Source of the DNA: Somniosus microcephalus
Lineage: Eukaryota
DNA: 64,000 nucleotides
Direction: 5' to 3'
NCBI GenBank assembly: GCA_052327205.1
Contig: CM126207.1
Coordinates: 67,022,001-67,086,000, forward strand
Shown here piece after piece: positions 11,015 through 24,325 of the stretch; position 1 is the stretch's first letter, and each line of letters starts with the position of its first letter. The notes beneath the pieces are model-generated. The model searched no databases. It saw nothing but the letters and a program-made list of their open reading frames with translations, and had not been told where the DNA came from. The position numbers were made by a program, and so were the translations under genes.

Positions 11015-12142
11015 TTTTTAATTTGTTTATGGGACGTGGGCGTCGCTGGCAAGGCCAGCATTTATTGCCCATTCCTAATTGCCCTCGAGAAGGTGGTGGT
11101 GAGTCGCCTTCTTGAACCGCTGCAGTCCATGTGGTGAAGGTATTCCCACAATGCTGTTAGGTAGGGAGTTCCAGGATTTTGACCCAGTGACGATGAAGGA
11201 TCAGCAATATACTTCTAAGTCAGGATGGTGCGTGACTTGGAGGGGAACTTGGAGGTGGTGGTGTTCCCATCGCCTGCTGCCCTTGTCCTTCTAGGTGGAA
11301 GAGGTCACGGGTTTGGAAGGTGCTGCCAAAGAAGCCTTGGCGAGTTGCTACAGTGTATCTTGTAGATGGTACACACTGCAGCAAGTAGAGAGTATTCCAT
11401 CACACTCCTTACTTGTGCCTTGTAGATGGTGGAAAGGCTTTGGGAAGTCAGGAGGTGAGACACTCGCTGCAGAAAACCTAGCCTCTGACCTGCTCTTGTT
11501 GCCACAGTATTTATGTGGCTGGACCAGTTAAGTTTCTGGTTAATAGTGACCCCCAGGATGTTGATGGTGGGGGCAGCATGGTGGCATAGTGGTTAGCACT
11601 GTTGCCTCACAGCGCCAGGGACCCGGGTTCAAATCCGGCCTCGGGTGACTGTCTGTGTGGAGTTTGCACATTCTCCCCGTGTTTGCGTGGGTTTCCTCCG
11701 GGTGCTCCGGTTTCCTCCCACAGTCCAAAGATGTGCGGGTTAGGTTGATTGGCCATGATAAAAATTGGCCCTTAGTGTTAGGGGGGATTAAATACGTGGG
11801 GTTATGGGGTTACGGGGATAGGGCTTGGGTGGGATGGCTGTCGGTGTAGGGACCGGGTGCTAGGGTTTGGATGATCAGCCATGATCTCGTTGAATGGCGG
11901 AGCAGGCTCGAAGGGCCGAATGGCCTACTCCTGCTCCTATCTTCTATGTTTCTATGATTCGGTAATGGTAATGCCATTGAATGTCAAGGGGCGGTGGTTA
12001 GACTCTCGCTTGTTGGAGATAGTCATTGCCTGGCACTAAGTGGCATGAATGTTATCTGCCACTTATCAGCCCAAGCCTGTACGTCGTCCAGGTCTTGTTG
12101 CATGCGGGCATGGACTGCTTCATTATCTGAGGAGTTGTGAAT
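11015..12142 (-). mobile_element. CR1-group LINE 3' fragment nested in the MITE
   Basis: Minus ORF ATRAGQRLGFLQRVSHLLTSQSLSTIYKAQVRSVMEYS. The 3' end GGGCAATAAATGCTGGCCTTGCCAGCGACGCCCAC is the same family as 44162-44785. Confidence 0.85.
11571..11956 (+). mobile_element. HE1-like V-SINE (tRNA head, V domain, CR1-derived tail)
   Basis: A/B boxes (TGGCATAGTGG, GGTTCAAATCC), V-domain GTGTGGAGTTTGCACATTCTCCCCGTG...GGTTTCCTCCCACAGTCCAAAG, and a tail matching the CR1 3'UTR ending TTCTATGTTTCTATG. Confidence 0.9.
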
Positions 12143-13418
12143 AGCACTGTTGGAGATTTTAATAATGTAAGAAAAAGTTTTTCTCACTTTTCCTTTCTGT
12201 CTCTTTTTTTTCTCTCAATTCTATCTTTCTTTCCCTCTCTTTATTTCTCTTTCTGTACCTGTTTGGACATTGAATTCACCCACTTTAATTCACCCTCCTT
12301 CTCAGGCCTTTCTTTGTTTATTTCTCAATCCTTTAATCTCATTGGTTAAGGAGATACACTGTTTGTCCTGTTGTTAAACAAGGCCCCAGGTGCCCTGTTG
12401 CCCTCGCCTTGCCGTTATCAGCTCGCAGTTCCAGCAACTTTGTGGGCAAAATGCTTTGAAACCTAAACATGCACAAACATGTCTAACCAACAGGACATGC
12501 CGTGAGATGCCCTACTCCAGCGAAATCTGGGCCATTGAATATTCAACTATTTGGTAAAATGGTTAACTGACAGAATGAATGAAAAAAAAAGGTTACCAAA
12601 GCAGTTCAGTTATGTAATGGTAATTCAGCATTAACTGGCTTGCTGATTATCAATTTATATTAGTTGCTATAATATAATAGTGTAGGTTGATATAAATTAG
12701 TCCCAGAAATGGACTTTCTTCTGTTTCCAGAGACACCCTTCCACATACTACAGTGTAGGAATTCTTTGTCGAGTGTATGTAATACTACCATGTAAAGCTT
12801 AAACCTAACTAAAATTTTCTACCCTTCTACTACTACAAAAACGATTACTGCCAAACTACATCTTATATATCCTTGATTTTCAAAGAAACCGGCTGCATTT
12901 TACTAATCAAAGAGTAACACATGTTAGAAGAGTTCATCCCTTTAGGGATCAAACACCTTAAACAGCCGTGTCAATACCCCTGATGACCTCAGATTAATGA
13001 AGCATTGAAATCCAAACATGTCAGGTGGCAGTTTGACTTTTCAGTCTCTTTTTAACAAAGAACCTTGCACTCTTTCAGAGAATGAGTGACACATTTATAA
13101 CTCCCAACAAGCTATCTCTGGACCTTGGCCTTAATGGTCTATGCGTCCCTGTACTCATAAGAATGCCTCATTACATAAGCCTTCAGGTTTTAATTAGCAT
13201 TTTGGTTTCCCAGTGTTCAGTCTGACAACTCTCTCCATTTTGAGGACACACTTACGGCAATGCTTAGGCTATTTTCCCCTAATCCAGGCAATTCTTAGTG
13301 CATTTTCAAGAGTAATGAAGCCACTCCATAAAACAACATCATTAACCTTGTTTTTCAGTTTTGTCATTGGACTGTGCTGATGGGTGTTTTATCATTTTCT
13401 GTTGTCTTCTTTCTGCAG

Positions 13419-13513
13419 GAGTTGGGGCAATGACCTGGTCTCCACTTGCCTGTGGAATCATTAGTGGGAAGTATGATATTGGAGTACCTGACAGTTCAAG
13501 GGCTTCATTAAAG
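13419..13513 (+). CDS. KCNAB1: KCNAB1 exon ([32 protein letters not shown])
   Basis: ttctgcag acceptor, gtaaaa donor, 95 nt, AKR 'WSPLA.G' motif. Confidence 0.97.
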
Positions 13514-13716
13514 GTAAAACAAATAATGAATAAACCACTTAGATTTAATGGGCTTCTTTAGTGAAATAGAAAGTGATGTCTTTGCCTTGCTTTGCTTATT
13601 ACCTCTGGCACTAATTACGTTTCAACTAGATTTCACAAATAACAAGAGTGCTTTGTTGCTGTTCTCAAATTTTTACATTGTAATAGCAACTGTTTACCTT
13701 CTTATGTAGAGATGAA

Positions 13717-16700
13717 GGGCTCGATTTTGCCAGGCCCGAGGCGTGTGAGTTGTTAAAATCACCAAAAATGGTGGGCGGGCCCGATCCCGCCTCCGAGCAA
13801 TTTTCCCAAATGTGTGTTTTCTGACCTGCTTTCCATCCCGCCTCCAAGAGGCGGGATAGGCCTTTAAGGCCATTAACAACCACTTAAATGCCTCTATAAT
13901 CCCATTTTGAGAGGCCTTTCTGATTTTAACACTTTTCCCCCATCCTACACGCCTCCTCTGGAACACGCCAGGTAATGCTGGCGGCCTCACAAGTGGATTG
14001 CTTACGAACAGCTGCAGCTCCACCATTACAAAGGAGTTTTCACCAATGATCGTTTGCAGGTGGCAGAACTTTGTTGTTTCAGGTCTGGGGGAACTTTTAG
14101 CAGGCATACTCAGTGTTGTGGAAGTTTGGAGCCTGACATCCATCTCCAGTGTGACCTCCTGGGAAACCCCTCTCTCCACCTTGACGAAGCGCTTCCTCAA
14201 CTGAGGCATATACCAGAAGCATGGCGACCATTTAATTCCTTTCCTCCTGGACATCAGATTCGGATGAAGACCAGCCGCGGCAGCAGCAGAACCATGAGCA
14301 ACAGCAGCACCAACAGCAGGAGCATCAACAGGAGCGCCAAGCTGCTAGTCACCCACCTGAAGATGCACAGGCCAGAAGGCGCCAGAGCGCGATTATATTG
14401 CTGCCCGGGATGCAAGGGACGCACTCATGTTGGTCACATTTGCTTAGCCTGTACAATCAAACACTTTAGCCTCGCACCCTCTTACCAGAGCATTGACAAT
14501 GGACAAGAACCTGTGGATTCCTATCACTCTGACCACCATAATGACAATTGCAAGTCGCCCTAAGCCCTCAATGTGGAAGTCCCATTTGCGAAATGATACA
14601 GGCCACAACTTCAACAGTTTAGCATCAGAATTTTTTATCACAACAAGCAACTGGTGGCATTTCAAAAATAAACACAACATAACACCCAAGTGACTACCCT
14701 TGTGACTACTTGTGCATTATCTTCCTCTTACACGTGCTCCTATGTGGTGCTTCCCCTGTGGCTTCAGCAGATGTGGAGGCCCTTTGCTCACTTTCTTGCT
14801 GCTCCTGTCTCGACACCTTTGGCGGCTGTCCTCTGGGGTTGCGAACCTCTGAGGGCTCGGCAACAGTCTGCTGCTCCTGCGGCTGTGCAGGGGCTGAGAC
14901 GCCCATCTCAGTTGGGTGAGGACTCTGGTGGGGCTCTGTCCGAGGGCTTTGCAGTGGCATGGTCGTGTGAGCGCTTGGAGAGGAGCCCCCACTTTCATGT
15001 TGTCTGCTACCAACATCCCTCTCATGGGTCAGCCCCACTTCAGAGCTAGCAAGTGGCTTGACAGCACCTTGCTGCACTTCAGGGGGGCCACGAGGACCCG
15101 TTTCTGCACTGGAAGTTCTACTCCAGAGGACTTCCATGAAGGTCTGGTTTCTATGCTCAATAGCTGATCATTGCTCCTCAAGAGATGTCAGTCTATTCTG
15201 AACAATGACCATGTTTTCTACACTCTGGCGACTTAGCTCCTCCATGGCCGTAGCCATCCTCTCCTCTACTGTAGCCATCCATTCCATGGAGGTTGCCATC
15301 CTTTCTGTGGTGATGCGTTCATGCGCCAATGCCTCCACAAAGGCTCTGCTCATGTTCGCGATGGACTCCACCATTCGCTCGACACTCGCAGCGACCCTGG
15401 AGACAAAACCTGACAGAGACTCCTGCACCTGTTTCTGGAGTTCTAGCACCGCTCTCCTTCTGGATGGACCCGGAGGCACAGGGTCGACAGGCAGCTGAGC
15501 CGAGCTGACAGAGTCCTGTGCCCTCCGACGAGGACTCTCCACTGCTGTCCCTGTCTCCACCATCTGCTGATGCTCACTTGTGAGCTGTGATATACCAGGT
15601 GCCAACACTACTCTATCTCGCGAAGGTCCCACCGAGGTGCAAGTGTCTGCGCTGGTGCTGGGTGCTCTGAATTCTGCTGACGCTGCGCCCTCAGAGGTTG
15701 CAGCTTCCTCTGAGGAGTCTGGAAGTTCAGGCTCTTCCTCCTGGACAGTGGGGACGGGGGCTTTCGATGGTCCTGTGGGGGAGTAAAGGAAAGAGTTAGA
15801 GATGTGAGGTCAAGGTTACATGAACATTGAATAGTGCAGATGATCATAAGTCAATCTGTTAGAGCATCAGATTCATCATCAGTGACTCATGCAATGTCAA
15901 TGAGAGAGATGCCAAACTATTCTGTCACCAGCTTGCTGCGATGCGCCCATCTGTCTGTCCCCCACTTGGGAATCCTCCTCGATCCCGACGATTTCCAGGG
16001 CCACCTCGTCCCAGGCGGTGAGCTGGGCTACTGAGGGTGGCCCTCCTCCTGTCATGGCTCTTCCCCTCTTACTGTGGGCTCTCTTTTCCTGCAATGAGGG
16101 ACACAAGTGGAGTTTGAGTGAGAATGAAGGAGTGAGTGTAGAGAATCCATAGCATAGATGCTTAGAAGGATACAAAGGACCCTCCCTGTGTGTTGAAAGT
16201 TGTTGTCATGGCATCACAGTGATAGAGAGTGTGAGGGCTGCATGGTCGAATAGTTAAGTGAATATGACCTTAGAGAGAGGGGGAATGGGTAAGGGTGCAG
16301 GCATGTAAGTGTCAAGTGGGATGTGGAGGAAGAGGTTGGCAAAGCAGTGTGCTGGTGAGGAGAGGCAATGGGGATCAGATTGAGGGTGATGGAAAAGTCA
16401 TACTCACTTTTCCTGTGTCATACTCACCTCTTCTTGCATTGCAGCCAGGTTCTGCGGCTCAGTGAAATGGAGCTGACCTCCTGGGCCACTTGTAGCCACA
16501 CAGCTTTTGTCTGCTGGGATGGCTTTTTTCTCCCTGAGGAAGGGAACAGCACCTCCTTATTGCATCTGGCTCCATGCACTAGAGCTTGGAGGGAGGGCTC
16601 ATCAAATCGAGGAGCACACTTTTGCTTGATCGTGGACATTGTCGGGAAATTAACTCCCCCTTCATTCAATTTGCAGAGCCTTTGCAGTCTCCAGAAGAAG

Positions 16701-16919
16701 CAAGGCTGCTTGCAGGTCTTAAATCCAGCAGCATTGATGATGTCATCGGAGACGACTTTCTGTATGAAAAGACTAATTGGGCCAAGGCTTCCCACACACA
16801 GGAAATCAATTGCCCAATTAGGGGAAAATCCCACTTTTTCAACACTTCACTTAGGTGAGGTCCTGACACGATTTCCACCTGACACGCCCCAGCCCGCCCA
16901 CACTGACAAAATCCAGCCC
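13717..16919. mobile_element. PIF/Harbinger transposon, transposase internally deleted, Myb/SANT gene retained
   Basis: TIRs GGGCTCGATTTTG / CAAAATCCAGCCC. A transposase remnant lies on + (14221-14447, ending AARDARDALMLVTFA*), with a convergent Myb-like gene on -. No matching TSD was seen. Confidence 0.82.
14706..16639 (-). pseudogene. Harbinger Myb/SANT-like (trihelix) DNA-binding protein gene, three exons, disrupted
   Basis: Exons at about 16639-16428 (APRFDEPSLQALV...WLQVAQEVSS...RRTWLQCKKR), 16088-15929 (EKRAHSKRGRAMTGGGPP) and 15772-14706 (acidic region, coiled coil, basic tail). There is an in-frame TGA at 15168-15170 and an exon 1/2 phase mismatch. Confidence 0.8.
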
Positions 16920-16937
16920 CATGTGTTACAACGTAAC

Positions 16938-17650
16938 TTCCCAGAAATTCGGGTCTCCACGGGTGAGTACGCATGGGGTACTCACCCGTAAGCCCAATGG
17001 AAGTGCCGGTTTCCTGCATGCACTGCGCATGCGCAGGAAACCGGCACTTCCGTTCCCCTGAACGAAGGGGTTCAGAGTTCGAACGCGTGCGCAGGAGAGG
17101 CTGCACGTGCGCATCGAACTTACGTTTTTTTTGCAGGTTTTCCCGGGAGGGTAAGTCTCCAGAAGTGTACACATGTAAAAGGCAGGCGTAAGGCCTGCTT
17201 TTTACAAGGTAAGTGGTGAATTAATTAAAATTAAAACATTTTTTCCACAGGTTTATTATTTTTAAATACTTTAAAGAAAGGTACGTTTATTTTTAGCCCG
17301 TTAGAAAATAAAATTATTTTTTTCAAAAATTTAAATGATTGTTTAAAATAGTTATTTCATGTAATTTACAGTTTATTTAAAAAATGTGATTTAAAAAAAA
17401 ATTATTTGAAGATTTAGTGATGTTTTGGGGCTTATAGTATTTATAAGTTTGACAGCCCTTCCTGTTAAACTTATGAATGGAGCATTCCCTGCTCCAATTG
17501 GCTCCCCATGGCCCACATGATCCCAGGGGATGCATCGAACTAACTGCACCCCTGGGATACGCAAGCACTGCACGCCGGCAGTTGGAGCAGGCCCAGGATC
17601 GGAATTCCACGGGGGTCCACAGCTCAATGGCCGGCCTGAATTTCTGGGCC
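16938..17650. mobile_element. Non-autonomous Harbinger-type MITE (family A)
   Basis: Ends CCCAGAAATTC / GAATTTCTGGGCC. Collinear with 7825-8590. Confidence 0.8.
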
Positions 17651-18127
17651 AATATGCATGCAAAGCTTTCTCTCAGGAGATTAAGCAAATGTACAGTGTG
17701 TGCTAAGATACAGTGTATAGGGTTTGTGGAAGCAATGGCACAAGTAGGCTTATCTTATTATTTTCTTGCTTTTATTATGCAGAAAAGAGTAGTTAATGAT
17801 TCATTTAATAGCTCACTTATCCTTCAAATCAAAGTATTTAGTGCATGATGCCAAAACAGAAATGTAGTGATGTGAAGTTAAATAAAGCTTCCGTCATCTG
17901 AACCCCTAAGACATGCACCTACCTTGAAAGAATAGTGAAGCATTTATTGTTTCTTCTCAATATTATTTTCCCACCCCTTCCTGCTGTCCAGGTGACATCT
18001 CCTCTTTGTTGGGTTACAGTCCCTCGGGTGCTAATTGCCCTACAGGACTTCACCCAAGTATCTAATCTTCATATGTGAGTCTTGACAGTGAGTTTCAGCA
18101 AACTATTCAACTGCAAAGAGGCATCAC

Positions 18128-19545
18128 AGCCAAGTCTGAACACAGCGGCACTATTGGCACTATGGCCAAGTCTGAACACAAAGGCACTATTGGCACTATG
18201 GCCAAGTCTGAACACAGCGGCACTATTGGCACTATGGCCAAGTCTGAACACAGAGGCACTATTGGCACTATGGCCAAGTCTGAACACAGAGGCACTATTG
18301 GCACTATGGCCAAGTCTGAACACAGAGGCACTATTGGCACTATGGCCAAGTCTGAACACAGAGGCACTATTGGCACTATGGCCAAGTCTGAACACAGCGG
18401 CACTATTGGCACTATGGCCAAGTCTGAACATAGAGGCACTATTGGCACTATGGCCACGTCTGAACACAGAGGCACTATGGCCAAGTCTGAACACAGCGGC
18501 ACTATTGGCACTATGACCAAGTCTGAACACAGAGGCACTATTGGCACTATGGCCAAGTCTGAACACAGGGGCACTATTGGCACTATGGCCAAGTCTGAAC
18601 ACAGCGGCACTATTGGCACTATGGCCAAGTCTGAACACAGAGGCACTATTGGCACTATGGCCAAGTCTGAACACAGGGGCACTATTGGCACTATGGCCAA
18701 GTCTGAACACAGCGGTACTATTGGCACTATGGCCAAGTCTGAACACAGAGGCACTATTGGCACTATGGCCAAGTCTGAACACAGGGGCACTATTGGCACT
18801 ATGGCCAAGTCTGAACACAGCGGCACTATTGGCACTATGGCCAAGTCTGAACACAGAGGCACTATGGCCAAGTCTGAACACAGCGGCACTATTGGCACTA
18901 TGACCAAGTCTGAACACAGAGGCACTATTGGCACTATGGCCAAGTCTGAACACAGGGGCACTATTGGCACTATGGCCAAGTCTGAACACAGCGGTACTAT
19001 TGGCACTATGGCCAAGTCTGAACACAGAGGCACTATTGGCACTATGGCCAAGTCTGAACACAGCGGCACTATTGACACTATGGCCAAGTCTGAACACAGA
19101 GGCACTATTGGCACTATGGCCAAGTCTGAACACAGAGGCACTATTGGCACTATGGCCAAGTCTGAACACAGAGGCACTATTGGCACTATGGCCAAGTCTG
19201 AACACAGAGGCACTATTGGCACTATGGCCAAGTCTGAACACAGCGGCACTATTGGCACTATGGCCAAGTCTGAACACAGGGGCACTATTGGCACTATGGC
19301 CAAGTCTGAACACAGCGGTACTATTAGCACTATGGCCAAGTCTGAACACAGAGGCACTATTGGCACTATGGCCAAGTCTGAACACAGCGGCACTATTGAC
19401 ACTATGGCCAAGTCTGAACACAGAGGCACTATTGGCACTATGGCCAAGTCTGAACACAGAGGCACTATTGGCACTATGGCCAAGTCTGAACACAGAGGCA
19501 CTATTGGCACTATGGCCAAGTCTGAACACAGCAGCACTATTAGCC
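18128..19545. repeat. 36-bp minisatellite, about 40 copies (GGCCAAGTCTGAACACAGAGGCACTATTGGCACTAT)
   Basis: Near-perfect tandem array with two 27-bp short units. It explains the repetitive 480-560 aa ORFs on both strands. Confidence 0.97.
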
Positions 19546-21364
19546 AACTGTTGCACATCTATCACAATGGCTGCCAAGACCAGCTAACTCAGGATAGACC
19601 AAAGATCGAATCTGGGGCCTTCTTGGTCAATATGGCTAAACTACTCACCGGATATGCTCATTCAGTCATCAGGGAAGCAGAATCTATTGTTTTATGGAAG
19701 TCAGTAGCAGAGACGACTGGCAAGTTCCTAGATGATAGGAACCCATGACCGCATCAAACTGCAAAGATATGATACCATGCACTGCACTAATGTCAACTTT
19801 TATTTCACTGAGTGAGACAAGTATATGACATGCCTTACACAACCTTATATCAAGCTTTGCTCTTGCAATTTATGATATTAACTCACCCCTAAGATTGTGT
19901 TATGGCACATTACTCACCCCAATTCAGCTGTTACTTTAGATAACATATTTCTACTTATTTGTAAGGGTTAATTCCTACTCACTGGCAACCAGTCTCTTAC
20001 CACTATTTACAGAAGCGTATGGGACTAAGCCTATAAAATTTATTAGCCACCATATGGCACAACAATCATGGTACAATTCAACCAAAAGTTGCAATCAACA
20101 TGAGTACAGGTCCAGCACCAATCCGCCCTTGACCTGTCCAGCATTCTGTATTCAAACTGAAGCACAGCTGTTGGTAACGCTCCTCCGTCACACTTGCTTA
20201 TTAGCTGTGCTCTTTCTTCTGGGCTGTATAACAATCCGGTTCTGTAATGCAATTCCCTTAATCAGACTCAGTTCCGAAAAGAGGGCTGATTTCCCAACAA
20301 TTTGACTTTAATCCCTTTTCTTACTCTACCCCGATTCTACTGAGAGCACTAGTTCTGTTCTTCAACTGCAACTCCCTTGATGGTCTCTCTCTTCTCCGTA
20401 GCTATTCTGGTAATGAAGGACAATATCCTTTTGGATTTCATAAGGCACTGCAGGCTACCATCAGCTTCTGTCTCTTCAGAATGAAGGAATCCAGCATATG
20501 ATAAGTACCGCTCCCAGAAATCCCCATTCCTGAAAGTCTCAGCCACTGGCTTCTTCTATTGGCTGCTGTGTAGCTAACACTTCAGCTGACAACTGCTGCA
20601 ACTAGCTGGAGGCATTTGCCCCACTGAAAGGCAGTTTCATACACCTGAAGTCCTGATTGACAACTTCTCACTGTCAAACTCAGACTCCTGCAATCTCCAG
20701 GTATGTCCCTGTCACATGGACAATACCATAAAATCAGACACAGTTGTGGAAACCACTGTTGTCTGGAATGTTCACTATGACTGTCTCTGCAGACAACAGG
20801 AGTTGTTGTGTCTTATACCAGGACGAAGAGGCACAGCAAAATGTATAAATAAATACACAAATATGTCACATGACAAAAAGAGCCAATGAAGTTTTGTTGC
20901 TGGAATATGAAGAAATGACACATCGACTGTACATTATAATGTTACATAGAACATTCTTTGTGTTCAGTATTATGGCAAGAGTTTAAAAACGGAAGTTTGT
21001 AAAATGTACATAATATTTTAAACAGTACTTTCTAAAATTGTCACATGCGTTCTATAGGACATTGGCATCCGAAACATGTGACACCTCATGAACCATTAAA
21101 ACACTTAAAAGATCTATAGTTGACATTAAGATACACATACTGTCCCAATTCCATATAATTTACAAAGAATATATTGATTATATCATCTAATTAAAAACTT
21201 GCATTTATATAGTGCTTGATCACATCCTCAGGATGTCCGGGAGTGCTTCACAACCAATGGATTACTTTTAAAGTGCAGCCACTATTGAAATGAGATAAAT
21301 TATCAAATTATTCAAAAATGTTCAATGAAATCCTAGTTATGCTATGATTGTCCTCTGTTTTCAG

Positions 21365-21485
21365 TGTTACCAGTGGTTGAAGGACAAAATTATCAGTGAA
21401 GAAGGAAGGAGGCAGCAGGCTAAACTGAAGGATCTCACTCCGATTGTGGAGCGACTAAGCTGCACGCTACCCCAGTTGGCAATAG
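21365..21485 (+). CDS. KCNAB1: KCNAB1 exon ([40 protein letters not shown])
   Basis: tgttttcag acceptor, gtgaga donor, 121 nt. Confidence 0.97.
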
Positions 21486-23067
21486 GTGAGAACAGTTTCA
21501 GAAGATCCGGAAGAATCATGCTTCTGGATTTTTTTCTGCCTAATACCGCTCCGAATCAAAATGGTAAATCATAACCAGTAGTATTAAGTGAAATTTGTAC
21601 TAGCTTGTTTGACTCCAAAACTGAGATCCTATGGCTGAATCCTAGCATCAGCTTGGCCATTATTAATTGATCACACTGGCATGCACCTTCTGTCACATGT
21701 CAACTGTGAGCATTTTGGGGGTCTAGTGTGTCAGGGGTTTGACAACAAAAATTGGTACAGATCGTGCCCTCTCCCCTGATGCCGCTTCTAACCAAGTCTG
21801 GCTGCCAATATACCAGACTGGATCACTCTCTTCACTCTGTGCTGTACTAGTGCGAGGGCAGGGATTGATTAGCCTCTGTACACTGTAAGCGGGAAGCTTT
21901 GCGAGTCGGAGTTCACACCTACAATATTCAGAATCCCAGCCCTAGCACCAGCAGCAACATGGAACAGGAAGTTCTGTCTGATACACTATCAGCTGGACTC
22001 AGGTAGGAGCAGGAGTGGTGAGGAGACAACAAATGGATGGCAGTGAATGAGATGGCAATGTATGACAATAGAGGGAAGGGGTAAATGGATGGTAATGAAT
22101 GGGAGAGGGAAGGGGAAGATGCTTGGAATGGTGCTTTGGGACAGAAATAGGAGAGAAGCTGGGAATGGCACTTTGGGTGGGGGAGGAAAGAGAGTGCCAG
22201 CATTAAATGAGAGGAAGTGGGGAAGAAAGTGTCAGGATAATCTCTTGGAGTGGGCGAGAGGGAAGAATGCCAGTTTGAACTGGGGGAGTGAAGAAGAGCA
22301 CTGGTCTGGAAATGAATTGGTGGAGATAGGAGAAAAGTACCAGCATGGACGGCGAGGGCTGCAGAAGAGCATCTCTGTAAAAGGATGGGGTAGAGTGTGT
22401 TTGTGAACGGAATCTGGAAGGGGTAGAGTGACTTTGTGAACCAAGTGGCTCAGAGTTGAATGTGGAAGAGTGCATGTTAAGGTACCTTATGGGAAAATCC
22501 AAATGTCACTTTGCATTTCCTTTTTTTTATTAGAAATGTATTTTTGCAGAGTATACAAGTACTTAGAATGAGTCAGAATGCATCAACTTTAATGTCAAAA
22601 TCAAAAATTTTCTATGGTGGCTTCACAAATGTTGTGCCTTCAACATTTAAAATTCCTTTTCAGGCTTCTGTGTAGACATGTTTTTTCCCCCTCCAATAAT
22701 AGTGAAAGAATGTTGTGTATATCTACCACTTAAGGTACATAGCAAGTGTAACATTTGATTTTTCACATCAGAACCATTCCCAAGTCAGCAGTTTTTTGGA
22801 GTCTGAGACAACTTTTTTGAAGTTGTTGGTACAGCTTTTACCAGTTTTCTCAGTTGGCAGCCTATCACTGAGCAGCATGTCTAGTCTACCACTAGGAACT
22901 ATTTCACCAGCAAATTCAGAAGACCCAAATTTGAATATTTTTGAACTCAAACACGTACTGCCAACGATCAGACAGACTACACATACTACAACTGGACTGC
23001 CAGGAATTGCATCTATACTTAAATCAAGACTATGGGGGGACCAGTGGACTCCCATCCCTAGACTGCT

Positions 23068-23514
23068 GGAGATCAGTCGCTCACTCCGAGACTGGAGAGA
23101 TCAGTCGCTCACCCTGAGACTGGAGAGATCAGTCGCTCACCCTGAGACTGGAGAGATCAGTCGCTCACTCCGAGACTGGAGTGATCAGTCGCTCACTCCG
23201 AGACTGGAGAGATCAGTCGCTCACTCCGAGACTGGAGAGATCAGTCGCTCACTCCGAGACTGGAGAGATCAGTCGCTCACTCCGAGACTGGAGAGATCAG
23301 TCGCTCACTCCGAGACTGGAGAGATCAGTCGCTCACTCCGAGACTGGATAGATCAGTCGCTCACTCCGAGACTGGAGAGATCAGTCGCTCACTCCGAGAC
23401 TGGAGAGATCAGTCGCTCACTCCGAGACTGGAGAGATCAGTCGCTCACTCCGAGACTGGAGAGATCAGTCGCTCACTCCGAGACTGGAGAGATCAGTCAC
23501 TCACTCCGAGACTG
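23068..23514. repeat. 28-bp minisatellite, about 16 copies (GAGACTGGAGAGATCAGTCGCTCACTCC)
   Basis: Direct tandem repeat with no spacers. Confidence 0.95.
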
Positions 23515-23529
23515 CCAGGGATCATTTTA

Positions 23530-24325
23530 CGTTCATTGACATGCTACCATATGGTAGATTATTAGAGACAGTTAAGGACATTGAATTAATGGAGGATAGC
23601 AAACTGAATTAAAAATTGGTTAGAAGGAAGACAGAGTAGGAGTTAAGGACAGTTTTTCAGAGTTGTGTGAAGTGGATAGTAATGTCTTGCAGGGTTCTGT
23701 TCAGGGGCCACTTCTGTTCACTGTTTAATCAATGATTTGGAAATAGGCCTGAGGGAATGGTGTTGAAATTTGCAGGTGATACTAAAATAGACGATATAGT
23801 TAATTCTTTAGAAAACCAAAGGACGCTGCAAAGGGATATTGATAAGTTGAGGAATGGGCTAAAAAGTGAAAGGTGGAATTCAATGTCGGTAAGTGTGAGA
23901 TGTTAAATTTTCGCTAAAGAATAACAACGCTAATTATACGCTGAATGGAAGTATGCTTGGTGTGAAAGAGCAGAGGGATTGGGGTACAGGTTCACAGGAC
24001 ATTAAAGGCAACACCTCAAGTGGATAAGGCCATTAAAAAAGCTAATGAAAGGCCATAGGTACAATATTAATTGGAAAAGATTTAGAACAGTGAGAAGGAG
24101 AAACTTCTTCACACAAAGTTTTGAAATTCACTTCCAAGGTTAGTGGTTGAGGCTGATGCAGTGTTAACATTCAAGATTAGATTAAATTGGTAGATGAAGG
24201 AAAAGGAAATAAAAGGATATGGATACAGGGCAGGTAAATATGATTATTTGGAGGGTAATTGGCAACACAAACTGGTTGGGCCGAACAGCCTGTTTCCATG
24301 TTGTAACTTGTATGCATTTCTATGT
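23530..24325 (+). mobile_element. Degenerate CR1 LINE 3' portion
   Basis: Remnants of QGSV.GPLLF and KFAGDTK. The 3'UTR GTTGGGCCGAACAGCCTGTTTCCATG ends TTCTATGT. Confidence 0.8.

Larger units (their letters stand above)
10643..12533. mobile_element. Harbinger-type non-autonomous element split by a nested LINE and SINE
   Basis: TIRs GGCCTAGAATGTGCTG / CAGCGAAATCTGGGCC with a 3-bp TSD ATT on both sides. Confidence 0.75.

Noticed and set aside
11571-11650. tRNA gene
   Set aside because: The A and B boxes run straight into the V-SINE body, so this is a SINE head. The same applies to 27160-27230.
18069-19748. Long ORFs (557, 502 and 483 aa) on both strands
   Set aside because: They are by-products of a stop-poor 36-bp tandem repeat in a KCNAB1 intron, with no non-repetitive domain or gene structure.
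22715-23539. 274-aa ORF or CRISPR-like 28-bp repeats
   Set aside because: There are no spacers, and the ORF is a chance open frame across the minisatellite.
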